A stretch of 47,992 bases of DNA from Flavobacteriales bacterium. GTDB lineage: Bacteria > Bacteroidota > Bacteroidia > Flavobacteriales_D > Crocinitomicaceae. The stretch covers positions 1 through 47,992 of the forward strand of contig CANGIC010000001.1 of NCBI GenBank assembly GCA_947453795.1. The letters are read 5' to 3'. Numbering within the stretch: the first letter of the stretch is position 1; each line of letters opens with the position of its first letter. The notes beneath the pieces are model-generated. The model ran no database searches. It was not told the origin of the DNA and saw only the letters and a list, made by a program, of their open reading frames with translations. Shown one piece after another: positions 37,181 through 46,385 of this stretch. Both the position numbers and the translations under genes were made by a program.

Positions 37181-37192
37181 ATTCTTAACTCA

Positions 37193-37969
37193 TTAAATCA
37201 TTCCTCGAATAATTCCTTTGTCGGAAGTTTCTACGAAGTCGATGATCATTTGTCGAAGTGGCGAGTCTGGCATTTGTTCACGCACGGCTTCGAGGCCTTT
37301 CGTGATATTGTTGTTTTGAACATATAGAATACGGTATATATCTTCGATCTCCCGCACTTGTTCATCTGAATAGCCCCTTCTTCTTAGGCCAACGGAGTTC
37401 ACGCCCGCAAATGTCAATGGTTCGCGTGCTGCTTTGATGAACGGTGGAACATCCTTCCGAATCAAAGAAGCGCCACCAATAAAAGCATGTGCGCCAATGT
37501 GTGCAAATTGCTGCGCAGCGACTTTGCCTTCAAGAATGGCATAATCATCGATTTGCACATGACCAGAAAGCCCTGTATAACTGGCGAGGATTACATTATT
37601 ACCAATTTGACAGTCATGGGCAACATGGACATAGGTCATCAAGAGGCAATTGTCGCCAATGCTTGTTTTCCATTTATCCTTTGTGCCTCTATGGATGGTA
37701 ACACATTCGCGGATGCGCGTATTGTTTCCGATTTCGACAGTGGTATATTCCCCATCAAACTTCAAATCTTGTGGAATAACACCAATGACAGCACCGGGAA
37801 ATATTTCACAATCTGAGCCGATACGCGTACCTGGATACAGCGTCACATTGGGATGAATCTTCGTTCGATCGCCAATGATTACATCGCTATAAATGGTTGA
37901 AAAGGGCTCAATGGTGACATCTACACCGATTTTTGCCTCTTCCGATACATATGCAAGTTTACTGATCAT
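37193..37969 (-). CDS. lpxA: Acyl-ACP--UDP-N-acetylglucosamine O-acyltransferase
   Basis: 258 aa with hexapeptide repeats, a C-terminal helical domain and the usual operon context with lpxC and lpxD. Confidence 0.92.
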   Translation of the reverse strand: MISKLAYVSEEAKIGVDVTIEPFSTIYSDVIIGDRTKIHPNVTLYPGTRIGSDCEIFPGAVIGVIPQDLKFDGEYTTVEIGNNTRIRECVTIHRGTKDKWKTSIGDNCLLMTYVHVAHDCQIGNNVILASYTGLSGHVQIDDYAILEGKVAAQQFAHIGAHAFIGGASLIRKDVPPFIKAAREPLTFAGVNSVGLRRRGYSDEQVREIEDIYRILYVQNNNITKGLEAVREQMPDSPLRQMIIDFVETSDKGIIRGMI

Positions 37970-39372
37970 TCTGCGACTTTATCCTTTACGACTTGCGCAA
38001 GCATTTCTGCTTCCATCACCATTTTCCCATTGACATAGGCCTTTCCTCCCATTTCAACAAGTCCTCGTCGAATAGGTGAAAGTAGGTTTAATTCGAATAC
38101 CAAGGTATCTCCTGGCAAGACTTTCTGCTTGAATTTCACTTTGTCTATTTTCATGAAATAGGTGGAATACAGGTGTGGTTCCTCCACTTTACTCAGGGCA
38201 AAGATCCCTCCTACCTGAGCCATAGCTTCAATTTGCAGTACCCCTGGAAAAACCGGATTGCCTGGGAAATGACCGGTAAAAATGGGCTCGTTCATCGTTA
38301 CATTCTTCACCCCGATAATGGATTCTTCATGAATTTCCATGATTTTATCAACCATTAAAAACGGAAAACGATGAGGCAACATCCGCTCAATGTCATTGAT
38401 GTTGTAAAGTGGTGTTTTGGTTAGGTCAAAGTGCTTTCCTGCTTGTTCCTGTTTTTTAATCTGATCCTTCAGCACCTTTGCAAAACGCACATTTCCAGAA
38501 TGACCTGGACGAGCGGCAAGGATATGCGCTTTGATGGGACGACCAACAAGGGCTAGGTCACCAACGATATCCAACAGTTTATGTCTTGCGGGTTCATTTT
38601 CATATTGCAACTTGGTGCTGTTCAACACACCAATGCCTTCGATTGAAATTTTCAATTCTTCCTTACCCAGCAATTTCGCCAAGCGATTCATTTCTTCTTG
38701 ACTCACATCTGTGCGGTCAACAAGCACAATCGCATTGTCTAAGTCACCCCCTTTGATCAAATTGTTCGAGGCCAAAAACTCCAGTTCACGCAAGAAAACA
38801 AAAGTTCTGCACTTTGCGATTTCCGCGTTAAATTCACCCAAATGATACATCGAAGCGTGCTGAGTACCTAGCACAGGAGATTTATAATCGACCATTACGG
38901 TAATGCGGTAATTGGTGTCTGGCACTGCTAAAAATTCAATGCCTTTATCTGTATCTTCCCAAGGCACATTCTCCGTAAGTTCGAAATATATGCGTTCCGC
39001 TTCTTGCTCCTCATAGCCAACCGATTCGAAGGCATGCACAAAGGGTAGCGCACTTCCGTCCATAATGGGCACTTCGGGTCCATCGAGGCGTATCAGCGCA
39101 TTGTCAACCTGACATCCGACAAGAGCAGCGAGCACATGCTCCGTTGTATACACACGAGCGCCTTTGTATTCGAGCGTTGTCCCGCGATCTGTAGCAACAA
39201 CTAAGTCCACATCGGCCTTAATGACGGGTTCCCCCTCCATGTCTGTTCGTTGAAACTTATAGCCATGATTATCTGGTGCGGGACATATTTCCAAGTTTAC
39301 TTTTTCACCAGTATGTAAGCCAACTCCGATGAGTTTCACGGCTGATTTCAGGGTGCGTTGCTTTTCAGCCAT
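37966..39372 (-). CDS. lpxC/fabZ: Bifunctional UDP-3-O-acyl-GlcNAc deacetylase / 3-hydroxyacyl-ACP dehydratase (LpxC-FabZ fusion)
   Basis: 468 aa. The N-terminal LpxC part reads GVGLHTGEKV...; the C-terminal FabZ hotdog part reads LPHRFPFLMVDKI...FTGHFPGNPVFPGVL. This fusion is typical of Bacteroidota. Confidence 0.92.
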   Translation of the reverse strand: MAEKQRTLKSAVKLIGVGLHTGEKVNLEICPAPDNHGYKFQRTDMEGEPVIKADVDLVVATDRGTTLEYKGARVYTTEHVLAALVGCQVDNALIRLDGPEVPIMDGSALPFVHAFESVGYEEQEAERIYFELTENVPWEDTDKGIEFLAVPDTNYRITVMVDYKSPVLGTQHASMYHLGEFNAEIAKCRTFVFLRELEFLASNNLIKGGDLDNAIVLVDRTDVSQEEMNRLAKLLGKEELKISIEGIGVLNSTKLQYENEPARHKLLDIVGDLALVGRPIKAHILAARPGHSGNVRFAKVLKDQIKKQEQAGKHFDLTKTPLYNINDIERMLPHRFPFLMVDKIMEIHEESIIGVKNVTMNEPIFTGHFPGNPVFPGVLQIEAMAQVGGIFALSKVEEPHLYSTYFMKIDKVKFKQKVLPGDTLVFELNLLSPIRRGLVEMGGKAYVNGKMVMEAEMLAQVVKDKVAE

Positions 39373-40418
39373 TATTCGTTTGGTTTTGAAAGTTCTTTTA
39401 TGCGTTGCTCCAGTTCTTGTAATTTCCTCAAGATATAGGGCAATTTTCTGAATCCGAAATACGATTTTTTAAAGTCCTCGATAGGAATCCCTGGGGAGCC
39501 CATGAGCGTATCTGCTTTTTTTACTGAATTTGGGATACCCGATTGGGCGACAATTTTTGTTCCATCGGCGATGTGTAAATGTCCTGCGATTCCTGCCTGA
39601 CCTCCAATCATCACATTTTCACCAATCTTTGCTGAACCAGCAATTCCTACTTGCGCCGCCATTGCTGTATTTTTCCCGATATCCACATTGTGGGCGATTT
39701 GGCAGAGATTATCAATTTTAACTCCTTTACGGATTATTGTCGACCCCATTGTTGCCCGATCGATGGTGGTATTGGATCCTATTTCAACATTGTCTTCCAG
39801 TATCACATTACCAATTTGGGGAACCTTTTGGAATTCACCCGCCTCATTTGGGGCAAATCCGAATCCATCCGCTCCAACGACGACGCCGGAATGGATGATA
39901 CAGTTTTTTCCCACGACACAATCGTTGTAAATGCAGGCCCCCGGATGAATCACTGATCCATCACCAATCATCACATTGTCACCAATATAGGCGTTTGGAT
40001 AAATGCTCACGTTGGCGCCAATTTTCACATGGCTACCCACATATGCGAATGCACCGAGGTACAAACCCTCGCCTGCTTGTGCGCTTTCAGAAAAATAGGA
40101 CGGCTGTTCGATTGCCGGTTGCTTGCGCGTCATTTGACTGTACATTTCAAGCAGCTTCGCAAAGCACGCATAAGCATCATCTACCTTCACCAGTGTAAGC
40201 GTCGACGGCAGAGGTTTTGAGGGAGAGAACGAGCGATTGACTATGCAAACGCTAGACTCCGTGGTATAAATGAACTCTTCGTATTTAGGATTGGCCAAGA
40301 AGGACAAGGCCCCAAGGGTTCCTTCCTCTATTTTAGCAAGTCCGTTGACTGTAGTTTCTGGATTTCCTACTACATCGCCTTGGAGAATGCCCGCTATCTG
40401 ACCTGCTGAAAATTCCAT
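39372..40418 (-). CDS. lpxD: UDP-3-O-(3-hydroxyacyl)glucosamine N-acyltransferase
   Basis: 348 aa with an N-terminal LpxD domain and a long hexapeptide beta-helix. It overlaps lpxC/fabZ by 1 nt, giving TAATG. Confidence 0.92.
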   Translation of the reverse strand: MEFSAGQIAGILQGDVVGNPETTVNGLAKIEEGTLGALSFLANPKYEEFIYTTESSVCIVNRSFSPSKPLPSTLTLVKVDDAYACFAKLLEMYSQMTRKQPAIEQPSYFSESAQAGEGLYLGAFAYVGSHVKIGANVSIYPNAYIGDNVMIGDGSVIHPGACIYNDCVVGKNCIIHSGVVVGADGFGFAPNEAGEFQKVPQIGNVILEDNVEIGSNTTIDRATMGSTIIRKGVKIDNLCQIAHNVDIGKNTAMAAQVGIAGSAKIGENVMIGGQAGIAGHLHIADGTKIVAQSGIPNSVKKADTLMGSPGIPIEDFKKSYFGFRKLPYILRKLQELEQRIKELSKPNE

Positions 40419-40422
40419 ATTT

Positions 40423-40430
40423 CAAAAGTA
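40423..40430 (-). promoter_or_regulatory. Candidate -7 promoter box (TACTTTTG) for the lpxD-lpxC/fabZ-lpxA operon
   Basis: Exact TAnnTTTG on the minus strand, only 4 nt from the lpxD ATG at 40418. Confidence 0.55.
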
Positions 40431-40464
40431 TTAAATCACAGAGTGCCAATAAAAAAACTCATGT

Positions 40465-41190
40465 TCATTTATCAACATTTTGGGTTGAATATCCTTCACA
40501 GTCATTTGCAAAGCTGACATTAAACGCTGTGATATTGATTTTATTCTTGTACCAAATGGCTGTTGCTTCCGCTGTTCGTCCTGAGGGATCCTTGAAAATG
40601 ACCGTTTGAATTGCTTTCGGTTTCGCGCGTAGATCAGACTTCGCAAAGTCAATTTTCCCAGATTTCACGAAGCACTTTAAGATAATTTTTGGATTGATTA
40701 ATCCCATCGATTCTTGAAGACATGTTAACTTTTTCCCTTCATCGACAATAACCAAATCTTTATCTGCGGGAAAGCGAATGATTGTACCTAATCCCTCTTT
40801 GGAATTTTTCACTTTGCGTGCGCTCGCTTCAGAAAAATGGATTTCTGAGATGAAGCTTTCTTCCGGAAGCGTAAAATAAAAGCTCAACTCCTTGCCATTA
40901 AACTCTTTGAGCAATTTATAGACCTGAGGATTGCCTTTTTTAGCGCTTTGTTGAAAGTCGACATCGCCATCATTCAGCACCTGAATCAGATCATTCTTAG
41001 AAATTCCTTTCGCTTTTAACGCGGACATTTCTGCATCCGGAACAACGAGAATGCGCTCTAGAATACTGTTTTTTACGCGATTTGCTGGAAGCCAAGAACA
41101 TCCTCGGTTTTGAAAAAAGAAAACGACAAACAACAGACCGATCCCGAAGCCGAATCCGTAATATTTTAGTCTACGCAGAAAAGAATCCAT
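40465..41190 (-). CDS. Hypothetical protein with an N-terminal membrane anchor
   Basis: 241 aa. A hydrophobic segment, YYGFGFGIGLLFVVFFF, is followed by a soluble domain. I recognise no family. Confidence 0.55.
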   Translation of the reverse strand: MDSFLRRLKYYGFGFGIGLLFVVFFFQNRGCSWLPANRVKNSILERILVVPDAEMSALKAKGISKNDLIQVLNDGDVDFQQSAKKGNPQVYKLLKEFNGKELSFYFTLPEESFISEIHFSEASARKVKNSKEGLGTIIRFPADKDLVIVDEGKKLTCLQESMGLINPKIILKCFVKSGKIDFAKSDLRAKPKAIQTVIFKDPSGRTAEATAIWYKNKINITAFNVSFANDCEGYSTQNVDK

Positions 41191-41203
41191 GAAAAAATTT
41201 CGA

Positions 41204-41211
41204 CAAAGATA
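41204..41211 (-). promoter_or_regulatory. Candidate -7 promoter box (TATCTTTG) for the 241-aa gene
   Basis: Exact TAnnTTTG on the minus strand, 13 nt upstream of the ATG at 41190 and just downstream of the trxA terminator. Confidence 0.55.
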
Positions 41212-41221
41212 CGAAAGGATA

Positions 41222-41254
41222 GAAAAAAGAAAACCGCCTCGAGGGAGACGGTTT
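41222..41254 (-). terminator. Rho-independent terminator after trxA
   Basis: On the minus strand, aaaccg-t-ctc-cctc-gag-g-cggttt forms a 9-bp stem with one mismatch, followed by TCTTTTTTC. Confidence 0.75.
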
Positions 41255-41277
41255 CAATAAATATGCGTTGAAGTGCA

Positions 41278-41595
41278 TTAAATCAAGGCATCCAATTTCG
41301 CTGTAAGTTGTGCTTTTGGCACTGCACCTACTGATTTGTCTGCAATTTCACCTCCTTTGATGAACAAAATTGTTGGGATATTGCGGATTCCAAATTGTGC
41401 AGAAACACCTGGATTTTCATCCACATTCACCTTACCAACGATCGCTTTACCTTCATATTCACCTGCCATTTCTTCAATAACTGGACCTACCATGCGGCAA
41501 GGACCACACCATTCTGCCCAAAAATCAACAACAACTGGTTTGTCAGACTTGAGGACCAATTCCTCGAAGTTTGCATCTGTAATTTCTAATGCCAT
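41278..41595 (-). CDS. trxA: Thioredoxin
   Basis: 105 aa with the WAEWCGPC active site. Confidence 0.95.
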   Translation of the reverse strand: MALEITDANFEELVLKSDKPVVVDFWAEWCGPCRMVGPVIEEMAGEYEGKAIVGKVNVDENPGVSAQFGIRNIPTILFIKGGEIADKSVGAVPKAQLTAKLDALI

Positions 41596-41635
41596 ATTCT
41601 TATTTTTAAACTATTTTACTACTTATTTATCGCCA

Positions 41636-41643
41636 CAAAATTA
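41636..41643 (-). promoter_or_regulatory. Candidate -7 promoter box (TAATTTTG) for trxA
   Basis: Exact TAnnTTTG on the minus strand, 40 nt upstream of the trxA ATG. Confidence 0.5.
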
Positions 41644-41676
41644 ACCAAAATCAAAATATAAATTCCTTTAAATTGA

Positions 41677-42090
41677 TTAATCGGGTACATTTTTATTTCG
41701 AACATTCATTTTCTTCATGGTCTTCTGATTTTCGGTGCGCAAACAATAAAAATAGAGACCATTTGAAAGCAAATTCGTATCAAATCTGAGAATATGGCCA
41801 CCGATAGCATATTCTTTATCCGCCAAGACCTGGTTGGTGGTCAAGTCTGCATTGAGCAATTCAAAGATGATGTTGCGCTTGTTCTCTGTAGTGAAATAAA
41901 ACTCCGCTTCACCAGAAATCGGATCACTTTCTAAGGGGTAAAGGACACAATAGTCTTCTTTGACAATGGCGCCTTTTCCAAGGTAAGCCAGTAACTTCTT
42001 ATAGGCAATAATTAACACCAACAAACCAAGCGACACGATCAAAACGCCAAGTAGCGTTTGTGTCATTGAAAATCCTACCAATACCATCAT
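41677..42090 (-). CDS. Small membrane-anchored protein with a T9SS-CTD-like / FlgD-Ig-like beta-sandwich
   Basis: 137 aa. After an N-terminal TM helix (LLGVLIVSLGLLVLIIAY) comes VLYPLESDP...IIFELLNADL...FDTNLLSNGLYFYCLRTENQKTMKKMNV. This follows the spacing of the type A sorting-domain motifs (YPNP / iyd..G / L..GvY...k..Kk). Confidence 0.45.
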   Translation of the reverse strand: MMVLVGFSMTQTLLGVLIVSLGLLVLIIAYKKLLAYLGKGAIVKEDYCVLYPLESDPISGEAEFYFTTENKRNIIFELLNADLTTNQVLADKEYAIGGHILRFDTNLLSNGLYFYCLRTENQKTMKKMNVRNKNVPD

Positions 42091-42353
42091 AATGCGATTA
42101 AATCTTGAATTTTTGACGCTTCTTCATATACCTTCATGACAGAATCCACATCCAACATCAGTTCCTTTGCGCTGATGCTCATGTATTTGTCATTTCGTGA
42201 GGGATGCATAGATACCTCACTTTGTTCATTGAAAAGGGCATTCACTTTTGCAATGCGTTCAGCATCGTTCGGCACGATGAACTTGAATAAATACACTGAA
42301 GGCCATTCCTCCTTCAAAAGTGCTTCTTTCAGTTTTTCGTAGCGCTCATCCAT
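42087..42353 (-). CDS. DUF493 (YbeD-like) family protein
   Basis: 88 aa. The segment EWPSVYLFKFIVPND resembles the YbeD-family FPC.Y.FKVIG strand. It overlaps the downstream gene as ATGA. Confidence 0.5.
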   Translation of the reverse strand: MDERYEKLKEALLKEEWPSVYLFKFIVPNDAERIAKVNALFNEQSEVSMHPSRNDKYMSISAKELMLDVDSVMKVYEEASKIQDLIAL

Positions 42354-42922
42354 TCTTGTTCCTTTTTGTGTTGCAAAGATAATCGTTTCATTTCCTTAAG
42401 TAGCATTGGTTCCTCGGAAAGATTGGCCATTTTCAAATCCTCAAAAGTTGAGATTCCTTGTGCACTGCAGCGCTTAATGGACTGGATAAAATCAACCTCA
42501 TCGATTGGTTTCGAAAGCAATACATCTCTATCATCTTCATACACGCCCACCCACATTTCACAAAAAGATTTGTGGATGTGCAGCATTACAGAAACTTCAT
42601 GGATTAACCTTTTAGGTGTTTTCGCCTGAGTAATCTTAAGCTTCTGCGCTGCAATCCATTCGAAATAAAGTAAAACAGAAGTTTCGACCAATGGAGAGAA
42701 TTCCACATGAGGTGAGTTGAATGGATCTACATCTTCAAAATCAAATCCTAAGAACTCCGCTGCATCATTAATTTTAAAGAGTGAAAGGAGTCGAGATTTG
42801 AATGTGGCAGTAAGAATTGGCTTGGTGAGAAAAAACTGTTTGAAACCAAATAGGTGTTCATCCAGCTGATCTTCAAAATCTTCTGGCTCAGGAAATAACG
42901 CCTTCGCCTCCTCTAGTGTCAT
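42329..42922 (-). CDS. Hypothetical acidic protein (197 aa)
   Basis: An ORF with an ATGA overlap to the TerC gene upstream and a 25-nt overlap with the DUF493 gene downstream. I recognise no family. Confidence 0.55.
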   Translation of the reverse strand: MTLEEAKALFPEPEDFEDQLDEHLFGFKQFFLTKPILTATFKSRLLSLFKINDAAEFLGFDFEDVDPFNSPHVEFSPLVETSVLLYFEWIAAQKLKITQAKTPKRLIHEVSVMLHIHKSFCEMWVGVYEDDRDVLLSKPIDEVDFIQSIKRCSAQGISTFEDLKMANLSEEPMLLKEMKRLSLQHKKEQEWMSATKN

Positions 42923-43680
42923 GAATGATTTCGTTTGTTTTTGCGCATGCGAATATTCAAGAATTCGACCACCAAGGCATATACCATGGCAAAGTAGATA
43001 TATCCTTTTGGAATGTGCTGACCAAAGGCCTCAGCCACAAGCAATACCCCAATTGTCACTAAGAAACCTAGCGCAATCATCTTAATGGTTGGTCGTTGTT
43101 GAATAAATTCACTGATTTGACGTGCAAAAATCAACATTACAATCATGGAAATGATAACCGCAGTGTAGATGATAATAAGCGGATCATGTCCCAAATCCTT
43201 TTGCAGATCGTTGGTCATTCCAATCGCCGTAATGACAGAGTCAAAACTGAAAACGATATCAATCATTACAATTTGAAAAATGACACCGCTGAGACTGTTT
43301 TTATCCTTCCCTCCGGTATCGTGCTGCCCAACAATGGAGCTATGCATTTCCACTGTGCTTTTGTAAATCAAGAAGAGACCACCAATCAGTAATACCAAAC
43401 TTTGAATAGAGAATTCCTTTAACAATGCGATATCTGTATTCGGGAAAATCGGTGTAATCATTTTTATGATCCACGCCACCAAGGCCAGCAGTAACAAGCG
43501 AACAATGAGTGCGAGGGACAAGCCAATATTCCTTGCTTTTCGTTGTTTCGCAGCAGGCAACTTATCGGTTACAATGGAGATGAAAATGATGTTATCAATC
43601 CCCAAAACGATTTCGAGTAAACTCAGGATAACCAGGTAAAATATACCGTGTAAAGTAAAAATTGCTTCAAAAAATTCCAT
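42919..43680 (-). CDS. TerC family integral membrane protein
   Basis: About 253 aa counted from the ATG at 43680. It carries the paired TerC motifs LEIVLGIDNIIFISI and IDIVFSFDSVITAIGMT. Confidence 0.85.
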   Translation of the reverse strand: MEFFEAIFTLHGIFYLVILSLLEIVLGIDNIIFISIVTDKLPAAKQRKARNIGLSLALIVRLLLLALVAWIIKMITPIFPNTDIALLKEFSIQSLVLLIGGLFLIYKSTVEMHSSIVGQHDTGGKDKNSLSGVIFQIVMIDIVFSFDSVITAIGMTNDLQKDLGHDPLIIIYTAVIISMIVMLIFARQISEFIQQRPTIKMIALGFLVTIGVLLVAEAFGQHIPKGYIYFAMVYALVVEFLNIRMRKNKRNHS

Positions 43681-43699
43681 CAAGTACGTATCTATGTTT

Positions 43700-43707
43700 C
43701 AAAAGTA
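43700..43707 (-). promoter_or_regulatory. Candidate -7 promoter box (TACTTTTG) for the TerC cassette
   Basis: Exact TAnnTTTG on the minus strand, 19 nt upstream of the ATG at 43680. Confidence 0.55.
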
Positions 43708-43722
43708 AATTTAATAATTGGC

Positions 43723-45414
43723 TCAACGCATTTTAACGAAGAATTCGTCGAGAATTTTTGCGTTTTCACTTCCTGGCGTATGGATTTCGATCAATTTTGC
43801 ACCCTCACCCGGTTTGACTGTATAGAAATCCAGCATTTGATCGGAAAAAGATTCAAGCGAATCAACAGACGAATAGCCGACATTGAAGGTCCGACAAATA
43901 TTTTCTGCTTGATGTTCGTGATGGGCTTCAAAATATGTTTCCCACTGCGGCGTGGAAGAAGGTCCTGGAATGATTCGAAAGATACCACCTCCTTGATTGT
44001 TAATCAGGATAATGCGAACATTTGGACCAATATAGCGATTCCACAGTGCGTTACTGTCGTAGAAAAAGGAGATGTCACCCGTCACAATCACGTGCAAACG
44101 GTTTGGATCCGCGCATGCTGCACCAAGCGCCGTACTGGTGCTGCCATCAATCCCTGAGGTTCCTCGGTTGCAGTAATAGTCCACGGAAGCAATGGGGTCA
44201 AACAATTGACAATAACGCACTACCGAGCTATTTGCCATGTGCACCACACTGTTATCGGGAAGATATTCACGGAATAGATGAAAGACACTTAAATCGGCAT
44301 AGGGTAAATCCCCAATCACAGCAGGCATTCGGTCAAGTAGCTGAAAATCGCGCTGTTTCCATTTCGATCCATAATTTGCCGTATGCTTGGAATAACTCAA
44401 GGACATAAGTACACTAAAAAATGATGCGGCGTCAGTTTGAAAGGTATGTGTTAAACATTGAAAGGTATCCATGAAAGGAAATTCGTTTCCGATTTTCCAA
44501 TGCATTTGCGGTTTATTTTTTCTGAGGAACGATTTAATTCTTTTCGACACTATTGCTCCCCCAAGAGAAATGAGCAAATCTGGCTTAAAATCTTCTATTT
44601 CCTCCTCGGTGATGACATTCAACAGCCGATCTACACAGTGCACAAAGCGCTGGTGATATACGTTTGAGGTGTTTTCCACTAAGATGAGCACGGACTGATC
44701 CTCTGCTAAAAGTTTCAAGACCTCCAACAGTTTAGGATTTGGATTCAGTTGACCGCAAAGCACTAATTTTTTCGGGAGACTCATCCCCTGCTCGCACACC
44801 TTCCGGTCACTTTTACTCAAGTGAAATTCACCCTGAGAGGAATAAATGGCTGCTCCAACGTCACCTGTTGCTTCCTTTCGCGAATATAGGGGCTCGCGTA
44901 AGGCCACATTAAAATGAATTGGACCTTTCCACCCCCCATTTCCACAATTAAAAGCGATTGCCGTTTCACGTTGCACAAACCAGCGTGCATCTGGATTTTG
45001 TTCATTGTCGGTAAACGAACAGGCGTAGCGCACATGCTTACCAAATACGTCGCGCTGCACAATGGTTTGTCCATCCCCCTGATCCACCCACTCTTCTGGA
45101 CGATCAGCCGTGATGACCACCAAAGGAACACATTGGTAATATGCTTCAGCTATTGCCGGATAATAATTTAAAGGCGCAGAACCCGATGTACAAACAATCC
45201 CGACAGGCGCACCCAATTGTTGAGAGAGGCCTAGCGCAAAAAATGCTGCACTTCGTTCATCGTGAATAACATAGCACGTGATTTCAGGATGTTCATCAAA
45301 TGCAATCATGAACGGGGCATTGCGCGAACCTGGCGAACAAACAACATGCGTCATTCCGTGGTGCAGGCATTGTGCAACGATTTGTTCGACGATAGTTTTA
45401 CTGCTTGTGATCAT
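43723..45414 (-). CDS. menD: 2-succinyl-5-enolpyruvyl-6-hydroxy-3-cyclohexene-1-carboxylate synthase
   Basis: A ThDP enzyme layout with GSRNAP near the N-terminus and GTSGIDGSTSTALG plus GDISFFYDSNAL in the PP domain. It sits in men context. The ATG at 45414 is preferred over the TTG at 45423. Confidence 0.88.
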   Translation of the reverse strand: MITSSKTIVEQIVAQCLHHGMTHVVCSPGSRNAPFMIAFDEHPEITCYVIHDERSAAFFALGLSQQLGAPVGIVCTSGSAPLNYYPAIAEAYYQCVPLVVITADRPEEWVDQGDGQTIVQRDVFGKHVRYACSFTDNEQNPDARWFVQRETAIAFNCGNGGWKGPIHFNVALREPLYSRKEATGDVGAAIYSSQGEFHLSKSDRKVCEQGMSLPKKLVLCGQLNPNPKLLEVLKLLAEDQSVLILVENTSNVYHQRFVHCVDRLLNVITEEEIEDFKPDLLISLGGAIVSKRIKSFLRKNKPQMHWKIGNEFPFMDTFQCLTHTFQTDAASFFSVLMSLSYSKHTANYGSKWKQRDFQLLDRMPAVIGDLPYADLSVFHLFREYLPDNSVVHMANSSVVRYCQLFDPIASVDYYCNRGTSGIDGSTSTALGAACADPNRLHVIVTGDISFFYDSNALWNRYIGPNVRIILINNQGGGIFRIIPGPSSTPQWETYFEAHHEHQAENICRTFNVGYSSVDSLESFSDQMLDFYTVKPGEGAKLIEIHTPGSENAKILDEFFVKMR

Positions 45415-45425
45415 TCCTTTCAAAG

Positions 45426-46385
45426 CTAATGATTTTGGAGAATGTTGAGCAGTGTTTTTGCCTTATTCTCCGTTTCCTCCCATTCTGCATTGGCGTCCGA
45501 TGCTTCCGTATGTCCACCACCCACATATAGGCAAACTGCATGTTCAAACACTTGCGCACAACGTAAATTGACAAATAAACTTGAAGATTGTTCATCCACT
45601 AGGCCGATAACACCGGCATATAAAGACCTGTCGTGCTGCTCCAAATGTTGAATCAGTGCAACTGCCTTTTCTTGAGGCAATCCACTAACGGCTGGGGTAG
45701 GATGAAGCGATTGAACCAGGCGCTCCAAGGGAATTGCTGCCGACTCAAATGTAATGTCGTTCCGCAAATGTTTTAAAGGTCCAGCTTGAACTTCATGGCG
45801 ATTGCTGCTCTTGATATTTTCACAACCGAGCGCATGTAGGCGTTCAAGAATAAACTCATTGACAACACCTTGCTCAAAATATTCTTTGTCTGTCCAATCC
45901 GTTGCATCTTCCTTTTTTTTCGTTGCTGCAAGGGCTACTGTTTGATAATGAGTTCCTTTGTTTTGCAAAAGAAGTTCTGGAGTTGCACCAATCCAAGTTC
46001 CATACTTTTCAGATGAAACCATGTACACGAAAGCACTCGGATAGCATTCACAAAGGCGTTCAAAATCTGTCAATAGGAAATTGGGATCGTACGCAAGGGA
46101 TTTTATTCGACTCAAAACCACCTTTTCACAAAAACCTGCACCTATTTCTTGATGAATGCGATGCGCTTGATCCATATACTCCTCATACGAAGTTTGCTGA
46201 GGTATTTTGGTTGAAAACTGGAATTCAATGGGTTCATTTAGCGAGTTAGGCACCAAAATGAGTGGTTGTCTCACTAAAAAATCCGCCACTAAAAACCCTT
46301 CTTTTTGTCCATTCCATGGTTGAAATTGTCCAGATACACGAACAATTGACTTTCCCGGAAGGCGATATTTCACAAAGTCGCTCAA
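45426..46385 (-). CDS. menF: Isochorismate synthase
   Basis: Chorismate-binding motifs GATPELLL, LHPTPAVSGLP and YAGVIGL are present. No ATG lies upstream of codon 185 of the track ORF. The likely start is TTG at 46385, overlapping the thioesterase TGA, or GTG at 46373. Confidence 0.8.
   Translation of the reverse strand: MSDFVKYRLPGKSIVRVSGQFQPWNGQKEGFLVADFLVRQPLILVPNSLNEPIEFQFSTKIPQQTSYEEYMDQAHRIHQEIGAGFCEKVVLSRIKSLAYDPNFLLTDFERLCECYPSAFVYMVSSEKYGTWIGATPELLLQNKGTHYQTVALAATKKKEDATDWTDKEYFEQGVVNEFILERLHALGCENIKSSNRHEVQAGPLKHLRNDITFESAAIPLERLVQSLHPTPAVSGLPQEKAVALIQHLEQHDRSLYAGVIGLVDEQSSSLFVNLRCAQVFEHAVCLYVGGGHTEASDANAEWEETENKAKTLLNILQNH

Noticed and set aside
36975-37181. ORFs of 68 aa (plus strand) and 60 aa (minus strand) running through the 36-bp repeat array, with 12-aa peptide repeats such as GQGTLLRSLSFE
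   Set aside because: Both strands stay open only because the repeat unit is a multiple of 3 and happens to lack stops. Mirror-image ORFs on both strands, with no promoter or coding signal, are what a repeat artefact produces.
43684-43722. A possible yybP-ykoY (Mn) riboswitch upstream of the TerC gene
   Set aside because: Only 39 nt separate TerC from the menD stop, and a -7 box lies 19 nt from the ATG. That leaves far too little room for a riboswitch of about 100 nt or more.
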